From an uncultured Clostridia bacterium (GTDB lineage: Bacteria > Bacillota > Clostridia > Christensenellales > UBA3700): a stretch of 64,000 nucleotides of DNA. Of this stretch, positions 37,055-46,162 are shown one piece after another. A program made the position numbers and the translations under genes. The notes below the pieces were generated by a model. The model saw nothing but the letters and a program-made list of their open reading frames with translations, ran no database searches and was not told the DNA's origin. Within the stretch, counting starts at the first letter, position 1; every line of letters begins with the position of its first letter. The DNA lies in assembly GCA_946615965.1 (NCBI GenBank), contig CAMOIC010000001.1, positions 43,198 through 107,197 of the forward strand. The letters run 5' to 3'.

Positions 37055-37768
37055 TTAATCGTATTTTTCAATATATTTCAATAACATAAATAATGCTATA
37101 TTATTAACCGTTTTTCTAATTGTGTCTCTATTACCATCTAATTCTACTTTCTTAACTTCATGTTCTGTATTTGAAGCAACACCGATATAAGCAACACCTA
37201 CTGGGGTATCAAATTCATCAGAATCTGGACCTGCACAACCTGTTGTAGCAACAGCTAGTGTTATATCTTTATTAGCAAGAACACCTTGAAGCATTTCTTC
37301 ACAAGTTTGCATACTGATAGGACCATAATTATCTAAAGTGTTTTGTTTTACATGTAATCTTCTAACTTTTGCTGCAGTAGCATAAGTAACAAAGCCTTCA
37401 TATAATACGTGGCTACTTCCTGGGATATTAACAATTGAAGATGCTACCATTCCACCTGTTATAGACTCAGCAGTACCAACTTTAATATTCTTATCAGTTG
37501 CTTTTTTAACTATTTGTTCTTCTAAAGAAGTCTCATAATCTGCATACAACTCATCCTTAATACAATTTACTACATTATTAAGAATTTCGTTGAATTTAAT
37601 CTCTGAGGCATTCTTATTTATAAGAATGATTGTTACATCCTTATACTTTTCTGATACATCGATGAAAACATCCTCAGTATCTACTAATGACTTGCAATTT
37701 TCAATATCAGATTCTGATACGTCAAATGCTTTTAAAACGCAATAGTCTTTACACTCTTCTAATTTCAT
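37055..37768 (-). CDS. cinA: CinA-family protein lacking the N-terminal MoCF domain (nicotinamide-nucleotide amidohydrolase PncC-type C-terminal domain)
   Basis: 237 aa. GTAESITGGMVAS motif. The N-terminal 85 aa or so resemble the middle domain of full-length CinA. Classical pgsA-cinA-recA context. Confidence 0.8.
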   Translation of the reverse strand: MKLEECKDYCVLKAFDVSESDIENCKSLVDTEDVFIDVSEKYKDVTIILINKNASEIKFNEILNNVVNCIKDELYADYETSLEEQIVKKATDKNIKVGTAESITGGMVASSIVNIPGSSHVLYEGFVTYATAAKVRRLHVKQNTLDNYGPISMQTCEEMLQGVLANKDITLAVATTGCAGPDSDEFDTPVGVAYIGVASNTEHEVKKVELDGNRDTIRKTVNNIALFMLLKYIEKYD

Positions 37769-37770
37769 CT

Positions 37771-39093
37771 TTAGCCTCTAACCTTACCTATATAATCTAA
37801 GCCATCCATCTTGACTAATTCGACTTTATAAATACTTCCTACATCTACTAAATCATCTGCTGTGAAATAAACCTTTGTATCTATCTCTGGAGCATCTGAT
37901 TTACTTCTTCCGTAGAACATTTGTCTATCGTAATCAATTCCTTCATATATAACATCAACAATTTGTCCTAGTCTTCTTTTCATTCTCTTAACCATAACCT
38001 TTTGTTGAATATCATACAGTTCAGCTTGTCTTTGAAGTTTAATATCTTCTGGCAACTGTTCTTTTAATCTTGCAGCTGCTGTTCCTTCTTCTTTTGAATA
38101 AGTAAAGAAACCGCATCTGTCGATTCTTCCAGATTTAATAAACTCTTTTAGTTCATTGTAATCTTCTTCTGTTTCTCCTGGGAATCCAACAATAAATGTA
38201 GATCTTACAGTAAAACAGTTATACTTCTCTATTCTATTGAACAAATCATCAATATAATCTTTGTTTATATGACGATTCATTCTCTTTAATACACTACTTG
38301 ATCTATGTTGAAGTGGTATATCAAGATACTTACAAATCTTATCATTGTTTGCCATATAATCTAGAAGTTCATCTGAGATGTTCTCCGGATATAAGTACAA
38401 CAATCTTATCCACTCAACATTTATTTTACTTAATCTATCTAATAAGTCAATAAGTAAACACTTGTTCGCTTTGTCTTGTCCGAAAATTGAGACATCTTGC
38501 GCTACAAGTATCAATTCTTTAATGCCATAATTGTCTACAAGTTCCTTTGCTTCTTCTACAACATCATCAATATCTCTAGATGTATATTTACCTCTGATTT
38601 GAGGAATTGCACAGTATGTGCAATGATTACTACATCCTTCTGCAATCTTTAAATATGCGAAATGTTGTGGAGTTGTTAAAACTCTCTTCCTTGTGAAATC
38701 TCTAGTATTAATATCGTTCTTATAGTAGTTTCTCTTACCTGTAGCCACCATATCCTTAATCAATTGAGGAAGATTCTTATAATTTGCTGTACCTAAGAAC
38801 AAATTAACCTCAGGCATTTCATTAAACATTTCTTCCATATATCTTTGAGATAGACATCCAGTAACGATAAGATATTTACACTTACCATCCTTCTTTAGAC
38901 TAGCCATTTCAAAAATAGTATCGATTGATTCTTGTTTAGCACTCTCAATAAAACCACAAGTATTTACAATAACAATATCGGCATCTTCAACTTCGGCTGT
39001 TAATTCAAAACCATCTTCTTGAAGATATGCCATCATGTTTTCTGTATCTATTCTGTTTTTATCGCATCCTAGGGATACTACGCCAATTTTCAT
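37771..39093 (-). CDS. rimO: ribosomal protein S12 methylthiotransferase RimO (radical SAM MTTase)
   Basis: 440 aa. N-terminal MKIGVVSLGCDKN, radical-SAM cluster motif CSNHCTYC, C-terminal TRAM-like domain. Confidence 0.85.
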   Translation of the reverse strand: MKIGVVSLGCDKNRIDTENMMAYLQEDGFELTAEVEDADIVIVNTCGFIESAKQESIDTIFEMASLKKDGKCKYLIVTGCLSQRYMEEMFNEMPEVNLFLGTANYKNLPQLIKDMVATGKRNYYKNDINTRDFTRKRVLTTPQHFAYLKIAEGCSNHCTYCAIPQIRGKYTSRDIDDVVEEAKELVDNYGIKELILVAQDVSIFGQDKANKCLLIDLLDRLSKINVEWIRLLYLYPENISDELLDYMANNDKICKYLDIPLQHRSSSVLKRMNRHINKDYIDDLFNRIEKYNCFTVRSTFIVGFPGETEEDYNELKEFIKSGRIDRCGFFTYSKEEGTAAARLKEQLPEDIKLQRQAELYDIQQKVMVKRMKRRLGQIVDVIYEGIDYDRQMFYGRSKSDAPEIDTKVYFTADDLVDVGSIYKVELVKMDGLDYIGKVRG

Positions 39094-39096
39094 ATA

Positions 39097-40023
39097 TTAT
39101 TCTTCCTTTGCCTCAGCGCTATCATTTGCTAACGCTTCTTTAGCTTCTTTTTCTTTTCTAGCTAAATAATACTTTTCAAGCTTATCTACATCTTTTAAAG
39201 TTATATCCATTGTTCTCTTTAGATAAGATTCACCTTTAGTTAGACCCATAATTTCATACCATAAAGCAATTTCTAGAGCTCTAGCATATGTATAATCATC
39301 TTGGCATTTTTGAATAAATGGAACGTCAATTCTGTTTTCTTGAATACACTTTCTCATAGTATCAAAGATCTTTTCATCCTTAATATCTACGTTTCTTTCG
39401 ATCATTAAATCAACTTTAACTTTCTTTTCTTTAAATACTTGTCTATTCTTCCAAATATAATTCCATCCTGAATAAACAGTCAAAATTGTGCAACCTGAGA
39501 TGAATACAATAGCGAACCACCACATTATTTCACCATAAATCCAACAAGCAGCTTCATGGCCTACCATTGTTTCTCTAAATGGGATAAATAACAAAGCATT
39601 TAAACCAATCATCCCAAATGTAGTCTTCCACTTTCCTGACATATCAGCAGCTAGAATAACTTTCTTAGAAGCTGCGATTTGTCTAAATAGACTTATGATA
39701 AATTCTCTTGCAATAATAACAATTGAGCAAACTTCCATATAATATGGAATTCCTAATCTATAGTGATTTGAAGCAATACCTATAATTAAAGCTGTAATTG
39801 TTAAAATCTTATCTGCAATAGGATCTAGGAATTTTCCCATTGTAGTTACCATGTTATATTTTCTTGCAATATAACCATCTAAAAAGTCTGTTATTGAAGC
39901 AACAAAGAATAATCCTGCTGATACAATAAACATCCACCAAATTGTTTCCTCTAAACAAAATGCGGCAATAATAAGAGGAATCATAGCTAATCTTACTACC
40001 GTAATCTTTGTAGGTAAATTCAT
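39097..40023 (-). CDS. pgsA: CDP-diacylglycerol--glycerol-3-phosphate 3-phosphatidyltransferase with an extra soluble C-terminal domain of about 115 aa
   Basis: CDP-alcohol phosphatidyltransferase motif DFLDGYIARKYNMVTTMGKFLDPIADK. The last TM ends near residue 190, and residues 195-308 are a charged soluble extension. Confidence 0.85.
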   Translation of the reverse strand: MNLPTKITVVRLAMIPLIIAAFCLEETIWWMFIVSAGLFFVASITDFLDGYIARKYNMVTTMGKFLDPIADKILTITALIIGIASNHYRLGIPYYMEVCSIVIIAREFIISLFRQIAASKKVILAADMSGKWKTTFGMIGLNALLFIPFRETMVGHEAACWIYGEIMWWFAIVFISGCTILTVYSGWNYIWKNRQVFKEKKVKVDLMIERNVDIKDEKIFDTMRKCIQENRIDVPFIQKCQDDYTYARALEIALWYEIMGLTKGESYLKRTMDITLKDVDKLEKYYLARKEKEAKEALANDSAEAKEE

Positions 40024-40053
40024 ACTTATAACCTTTGTAACCTTTTATCTAAT

Positions 40054-43008
40054 TTATTCTTGGTTATCCCCGTCCTGAGCTGCTTTCCATGCATCAAACT
40101 CAGCTTGAGTCATAACCATTATTTTCTTATTTCCTTCAGTCTTAGCAAATCCATTATCTATAATCCAGTCACAAATCTTAGCAGCTTTTGGATAGCCTAC
40201 ACCAATCTTTCTTTGAACAAACGATGTAGATACTTGTTGAGCAGCAACACAAGCCTCTAACGCATCAATATAGGCTGGGTCCAGTTTGTCTACATCACCA
40301 AGTTCCATTGCCATTTGTTCTGGCTCTTCTTGTTTTGGATCAGCCATAATCATCTTCTCTGCATCTTCATCAAAGAATTTATCATTATGGGCCTTAATAT
40401 ATTCAATCATTTCAATTAAGTCTTCTGTAGCAAGATATGCACCTTGAACTCTATGAAGTTCAGCCTCATATGGGTTCATGAACAATAAGTCACCATAACC
40501 TAGCAATTCTTCAGCACCGCCTTCACCTAAGATAGTCATACTATCTTGAGTTGCTGTACACTTTAGAGCAATACGAGTTGGCAAGTTAGACTTAATTGTA
40601 CCTGTAATAATATCTACAGAAGGTCTTTGTGTTGCAAGTACTAAATGAATACCCGCAGCTCTTGCCTTTGCAGCAAGTCTTGAAATCAATTTATCAAAGT
40701 CTTTCTTATATTGTGAATTTGCAATTTCACCGAATTCATCAATAACGATAACAATATATGGAATATGAAGAGATTTATCTGCCATAACTTCTGGAAGTTT
40801 ATTATATGAATCCAAATCTCTTACGCTATTATTAGTCAATAAAGCATACCTTCTCTCCATTTCATTAATTGCCCAATTCATAGCATTCATCGCTTTCGCA
40901 GGCTCATTTAGAATCTCAGGGATTAATAAATGAGGAATTCCAGCATATGGAGCAAATTCTACTTGTTTTGGATCAAATAGAATTAATCTTAAATCTTCTG
41001 GAGAATATCTACATAATAAGCTTGCTAACATTACGTTAATAGCAACAGACTTACCAGAACGAGTAGCACCAGCAATTAACATATGTGGAGCTGTTGTTAA
41101 ATCGAATGAATAGTTATAGCCTGTAATGTCTTGACCAAACGCAAATACAAGGCCAGTTTCCTTCTTAATAGCCTTTTGATAATCGCTAGATAGATATACG
41201 TTCTTAAATGGAACCATATTTCTAACTTTGTTAGGAACTTCGACACCTAGATATGGAGTACCTGGAATTGGAGCAAGCAATCTCATGCTTGTTACAGCCA
41301 TATTTAACTTAATATCGTCATATCTTGATGTAATATTCTTAATTGGAGTCTTAATATCCTTCTTGAATACAATTCTAGAGAATGTAGGTCCCATGATAAT
41401 TTCTACAATCTCAATATCTACATTGAATGCAGCAAGAACTTCTTTTAACTTTTCAGCTCTTGCTTCCATATCAGCTCTATCTAACTCCTTCATTGGAGTA
41501 TCTTTTAAGTTCGCAACATTAGGAGCATCATATTTCTTATAGATTCTCTTTGGTTTTGGTGGTTCAACAGGCTTTGGAGGATCAACCGGCTTAATTGGCT
41601 GAGCAGGCTTAATAATAGGTTTTTCTTCTTTTTTTTCAGCGCCATAATTAGAAATACCAAGATCTTTAAATGAATCTTGCTTCTTTTCCTCATTCTTTTG
41701 TTGTAAGAATGAAAGCATATCATTATTCTTTGGTTTTAAATATTCGCTTTGATCTTCAACAACTTCACCATTTTCTTCAATCTTTGGAGCTTCATAATGA
41801 GGTTCAAAATGAGGTGTTGTTTCAACAGGCTTAACTTCCTCTGTTGAAATTGTGTTAATAATTGCATCAAAAGGATCAACTTCTTCTTTTTTAGGAGTTT
41901 CAAAAGTTGGTGCTTTATATGTATTTGTTTGATCAAATGCTGGATTTGCATGAGGAATATAATCTTCCATAAAATCATGATTAATTCCTTGAGCTGCATT
42001 ATCATCTAGTGTCTTTTTTCTATTTGAGTTGTAGAACGAAGCATCTTCTGCTGTTGGCTTAAATGGAATAATACCATCTGGACTTAATCCATCATTTTTA
42101 CTTGGATCAACATGCTCTTCTATTGGATTAATTGGAATAATCTTGTCTGCATTAGCAAATTCTTGCATTCTTTGCTTTGCAAGTTTGATTTCTGATTCAT
42201 CAGAATCTGAAGAATATGGAATGCTGTTAATAATATCTTCCTTATCCTCGTCGCTCATACCTCCCATCATAATTCCGCTAGGATTTACTTCATCGATTGG
42301 AGTAATTTCAAAATCTTCATTTCTTCTAGAAGTTTTTAATTTCGAAGATGAGAATAATTTACCATTGATATCTCCGTTATATAATTGAGGTCCATAACTT
42401 GGTTGAGGAATATCTTCATTTACGTCATTTGATGGGCTAATATCATAATATTGAGCATTATTTACACTACCAACATGTTTTGTTCTATCTCTAAATTTAA
42501 TACCAATATCAAAATCTAATTGATTGATAACAGCAAGAGCAATTAGACCTAATAAAATCAAAGATAAGATTACAAGAGAGAATACATATAATTGTGCAAG
42601 TGGATATAAAAACCAAGAAAAAGCAGCGCCACCTAAAGAATCTTGGCCATTAAATGCTTGCATAATATAATCATTAAATGAAAGTGTTGAATAATCTTTA
42701 AAAGTAACTAGATGTGCAATACAAATAACTACAAATAAAATCAAAAGATAATTAAGGATAATCTTTAAAGAAACCTTTGGCTTCATTCCAAGAGTAATAA
42801 AGATGCCCATAACAGTACCAGCAAAACAATAGCCATAAATAGCATATCCTAGCGCGCCAACAAGAATGCCTCTTACAGCATTTCCCGCATATCCAAAGAT
42901 ACTATTACCGTTAATTCTTAAGATAATTAAATCAAGAAGTCCGAAAATTCCGATGAATATTAATCCCTTAAAAATCCTATCAAGTTGGCTCTCATCTTTA
43001 TTAGACAT
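40054..43008 (-). CDS. ftsK: DNA translocase FtsK/SpoIIIE
   Basis: 984 aa. N-terminal TMs, long low-complexity Pro/Lys linker, motor domain with Walker A GATRSGKSV and Walker B VIVIDEF, C-terminal gamma wHTH (FVQRKIGVGYPKAAKI). Confidence 0.93.
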   Translation of the reverse strand: MSNKDESQLDRIFKGLIFIGIFGLLDLIILRINGNSIFGYAGNAVRGILVGALGYAIYGYCFAGTVMGIFITLGMKPKVSLKIILNYLLILFVVICIAHLVTFKDYSTLSFNDYIMQAFNGQDSLGGAAFSWFLYPLAQLYVFSLVILSLILLGLIALAVINQLDFDIGIKFRDRTKHVGSVNNAQYYDISPSNDVNEDIPQPSYGPQLYNGDINGKLFSSSKLKTSRRNEDFEITPIDEVNPSGIMMGGMSDEDKEDIINSIPYSSDSDESEIKLAKQRMQEFANADKIIPINPIEEHVDPSKNDGLSPDGIIPFKPTAEDASFYNSNRKKTLDDNAAQGINHDFMEDYIPHANPAFDQTNTYKAPTFETPKKEEVDPFDAIINTISTEEVKPVETTPHFEPHYEAPKIEENGEVVEDQSEYLKPKNNDMLSFLQQKNEEKKQDSFKDLGISNYGAEKKEEKPIIKPAQPIKPVDPPKPVEPPKPKRIYKKYDAPNVANLKDTPMKELDRADMEARAEKLKEVLAAFNVDIEIVEIIMGPTFSRIVFKKDIKTPIKNITSRYDDIKLNMAVTSMRLLAPIPGTPYLGVEVPNKVRNMVPFKNVYLSSDYQKAIKKETGLVFAFGQDITGYNYSFDLTTAPHMLIAGATRSGKSVAINVMLASLLCRYSPEDLRLILFDPKQVEFAPYAGIPHLLIPEILNEPAKAMNAMNWAINEMERRYALLTNNSVRDLDSYNKLPEVMADKSLHIPYIVIVIDEFGEIANSQYKKDFDKLISRLAAKARAAGIHLVLATQRPSVDIITGTIKSNLPTRIALKCTATQDSMTILGEGGAEELLGYGDLLFMNPYEAELHRVQGAYLATEDLIEMIEYIKAHNDKFFDEDAEKMIMADPKQEEPEQMAMELGDVDKLDPAYIDALEACVAAQQVSTSFVQRKIGVGYPKAAKICDWIIDNGFAKTEGNKKIMVMTQAEFDAWKAAQDGDNQE

Positions 43009-43096
43009 AGAAATCTCCTTAAAATCTCACATTTAAATTATAACACACGATAATTTAAAATAAAATATTATATATAAAAGAATTTAAGGATTGTTT

Positions 43097-44476
43097 TTAA
43101 CCTACCATTATATTTTCTTCAGGTAGAATGACTGTTTCATTAGCTTTATTCTTTGTACCAGCAGTAACAGATAAAACTATTGTTAAAATACCTACACGAC
43201 CAATGAACATTAATAAAATTAAAAGCAATTTAGAAACTAAACCAAATGATGCTGTAACAAGTCCGCTTGTCATACCTACTGTTCCTACAGCAGATACTAC
43301 TTCAAACATAACATCAACCATCTCTTTTTCTGGTTCCAACCATAAAATGGTTGTTGTAAATATGAAAATGATAATAAAGAAGGCAACGACGATAGCCAAA
43401 GCTTGGTTTAAAGTTTCTCTTGTTATCTTCTTTTGATTCAATGTAATTTCACCATTTCTTGATACTAATGAAATAGTACCTAATGCAACAATAATAAATG
43501 TTGTAACCTTAATACCACCTGCTGTAGATCCTGGGCCTGCGCCGATAAACATCATGAAGATTGTATAAATTAATGAACTTTCATTTAATTTAGCCATATC
43601 TATCGCATTAAAACCAGCAGTTCTTGCAGTAATTGCTTGGAAGAATACAGATAATAATTTATTACCAAATGATTCATCAGCTAAAGCATTATCAAATTCT
43701 AATAGATACAAGAAGAACATTGACATTATGATTAATGTTACTGAACCCATCAACATAATTTGTGTATGCAATCTCATATCCTTGAATTTAAATCTTGAAT
43801 TTACGAAATCGTCCCATACAATAAATCCTAGACCACCAGTAAAGATTAACACTGAAAGTGTTATTATAACAAGTGGGTCATGAGCATACATTGTAAATGA
43901 AGCATATTCTGTACCATAATATCCCATCAAGTCAAAACCTGCATTACAGAACGCAGATATTGAGTGGAATATCGAGAAATAAATACCTCTTGAGACACCA
44001 AAATCAGGAATAAATCTAATACAAAGTATTGCTGCACCTAAAGTTTCAAATATCGCAGAACCAATTAAAATTGTTAATACTACATGTTTAAAACCTGATT
44101 TATCTTTGAATCCTACGGATTCCATTAAGAATTTTCTATCTTTAAATCTTAAACGGAAACCAAATGATCTTGTTAACATCGCAATAGCGGTCATCAAACC
44201 AATACCGCCAGTTTCTATTAAAAATAGAATTACAATTTGTCCAAACATAGACCACTGCATATATGTATCTACAGTAACCAAACCTGTTACACAGGTTGCC
44301 GAAGTTGCTGTAAATAATGCATCTGTATAATTAGACCATTGTTTATTTGCTGAAGAAATAGGAAGAGATAACAATAAACTACCCAAGAAAATGATAGTAA
44401 CGTACAACATGATAATCATGCTTAATGAAGATGTTCTATTTTTTCTAAGTCTCAGTTTAAAAGAATCCTTTTTCAT
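43097..44476 (-). CDS. TrkH/KtrB-family potassium uptake membrane protein
   Basis: 459 aa, polytopic, with repeated pore-loop-like segments (TATCVTGL, CNAGFD, RTAGFN, GSTAGGIKV). Confidence 0.85.
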   Translation of the reverse strand: MKKDSFKLRLRKNRTSSLSMIIMLYVTIIFLGSLLLSLPISSANKQWSNYTDALFTATSATCVTGLVTVDTYMQWSMFGQIVILFLIETGGIGLMTAIAMLTRSFGFRLRFKDRKFLMESVGFKDKSGFKHVVLTILIGSAIFETLGAAILCIRFIPDFGVSRGIYFSIFHSISAFCNAGFDLMGYYGTEYASFTMYAHDPLVIITLSVLIFTGGLGFIVWDDFVNSRFKFKDMRLHTQIMLMGSVTLIIMSMFFLYLLEFDNALADESFGNKLLSVFFQAITARTAGFNAIDMAKLNESSLIYTIFMMFIGAGPGSTAGGIKVTTFIIVALGTISLVSRNGEITLNQKKITRETLNQALAIVVAFFIIIFIFTTTILWLEPEKEMVDVMFEVVSAVGTVGMTSGLVTASFGLVSKLLLILLMFIGRVGILTIVLSVTAGTKNKANETVILPEENIMVG

Positions 44477-44503
44477 TAACCCTAATCCCTATTCTTTATT
44501 TTA

Positions 44504-45769
44504 CTACGAATTAAACACTTCTAACAAATCTGTTTTTATTTCGCGTCCAACGTACGCAATAGAAGCAGTTGATGTATCGAATGCATTTAAGAAAGCTTGA
44601 TATACATCATCCCTTGTTAGAGAGTTTATCATATCGATTGATTCATCTAAATCAAATTCTTTATCCACGTTAAGTGCTGTAGAACCTACCATTCTCATCA
44701 TGGCTGATGTACTTTCTTGTCCAAGAACGAAGTGACCTCGAACGGAATTAATACCTTTTTGCACTTCTTCTTGAGAAAGCCCTTCGTTTCTTATTGATTG
44801 AATTAAATTCTTTGTCAAAGCTACTGCTTTTTCTGCACTTTTCTTATTTGTTCCAATATAAAGAGCGGTAACCGCATTATTAGCAAATGCTGAATTATAT
44901 GAATATACGCTATATGCTAAGCCGTTTTTCTCTCTTACTTCTTGGAAGAATCTAGAACTCATACCACCACCAAAGATTTCATGAGCTACTAAATTAGCAT
45001 ATTTCTTTTTATCTGTATCAAAGCAGCCATTCATACCAATAGTAATATTGGCTTGTTCGATATCTTTGTATTTATACAAATATGTTGGTTTTGTTAATAA
45101 TCTAGGTGTTCTCCACAATCTATTCTCAATAACATTAAATCTACCTTCAAAATATCTTTCAACAATATCTACAGCTTTTTCAAACGAGATATTACCAACA
45201 ATAGATATTACAATATCTTTTGCATTATAGTTCTCGCGTAAATATTTACGAACGTCATCGCTATTGAATCTCTCTACATTCTCTTTTGGACCTAATATAG
45301 TACGGCCAAGAGCTGTATTTTTGCCATAATATGCCTCACCAAGCATATCGAAGCATAGATCTTCGTTATCATCTTCAGACATATTAATTTCTTCAATAAT
45401 AACTTTTCTTTCTTTATCTAACTCATCTTTATCAAAAGTTGCGTTAAACATAATATCAGATAGAATCTCTGCACACTTCTCTATATCACTATCTACAGAC
45501 AAAGTGTAATAACAAGTGTTTTGCTTAGAAGTATAAGCATTAATAGTTGCACCAATAGATTCTATTTCATTAACAATTTGGAAAGCATTACGAGTTGTAG
45601 TGCCCTTAAAATATGTATGTTCTATAAAATGTGAAAGACCATTTGTATCATCTGTTTCATTTTGTGAACCAACGCCACACATAACAGCTATACCAACGCT
45701 TCTAACACTTTCTCTTTTATTGTAAGCAAGTCTTAATCCACTTGCGAATTTTCTTATTACCGTTTTCAT
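44504..45769 (-). CDS. M16 (pitrilysin/insulinase) family zinc peptidase
   Basis: Inverted zinc motif HFIEH. The track start is a TTG at 45775; the ATG at 45769 is preferred. No SD upstream (see findings). Confidence 0.85.
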   Translation of the reverse strand: MKTVIRKFASGLRLAYNKRESVRSVGIAVMCGVGSQNETDDTNGLSHFIEHTYFKGTTTRNAFQIVNEIESIGATINAYTSKQNTCYYTLSVDSDIEKCAEILSDIMFNATFDKDELDKERKVIIEEINMSEDDNEDLCFDMLGEAYYGKNTALGRTILGPKENVERFNSDDVRKYLRENYNAKDIVISIVGNISFEKAVDIVERYFEGRFNVIENRLWRTPRLLTKPTYLYKYKDIEQANITIGMNGCFDTDKKKYANLVAHEIFGGGMSSRFFQEVREKNGLAYSVYSYNSAFANNAVTALYIGTNKKSAEKAVALTKNLIQSIRNEGLSQEEVQKGINSVRGHFVLGQESTSAMMRMVGSTALNVDKEFDLDESIDMINSLTRDDVYQAFLNAFDTSTASIAYVGREIKTDLLEVFNS

Positions 45770-45778
45770 ACGCAAATT

Positions 45779-45807
45779 ATTATACTACTTTAAAAATATA
45801 TACGCAA
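45779..45807 (-). promoter_or_regulatory. sigma-A-like promoter immediately upstream of the M16 peptidase start
   Basis: The minus strand reads TTGCGT (45807-45802), a 17-nt spacer, then TATAAT (45784-45779). Only 9 nt separate the -10 box from the ATG. Confidence 0.55.
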
Positions 45808-46103
45808 ATTGAGTTTTTTAGTTGATAACTATTTTGAATTAGAGTATAGATAATTATCTGTTTTATCCATTATTTTCAAAACAATAGCTGCATATTTATA
45901 ATAGCCAGTATTAGGCTGTAAAATTCAACGGATAGCCTATTTTGTTATGAAAAACAGTTTAAATTAAATTTATTTCAGAAATATATTTTCTTAAATTAAA
46001 TAACAAGCCAATTTATTTCTAAAAATTATTTTTATCCAAAATTCTAAATAGTATATTAAAAATTATCACATTTTATCCATTTAAAATTTCATCCAAATTT
46101 TAG

Positions 46104-46136
46104 ATAAAAAATATGCTGACCATTTCTGATCAGCAT
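46104..46136 (-). terminator. rho-independent terminator after pnp
   Basis: The minus strand reads ATGCTGA-TCAGAAATGG-TCAGCAT followed by ATTTTTTATC. Confidence 0.7.
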
Positions 46137-46162
46137 ACAAATTCATATTGAATTATTGAAGA

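Noticed and set aside
37055-37768. CinA with an unusual N-terminal region, considered as a novel domain fusion.
   Set aside because: The N-terminal 85 aa or so look like the middle domain of ordinary full-length CinA. The protein is better described as a CinA lacking the MoCF domain.
45860-46100. DnaA-box-like cluster interpreted as the chromosomal origin (oriC).
   Set aside because: There is no dnaA/dnaN nearby, no switch of gene orientation, and only 7/9 matches to the box consensus. It is kept only as a motif-cluster finding.
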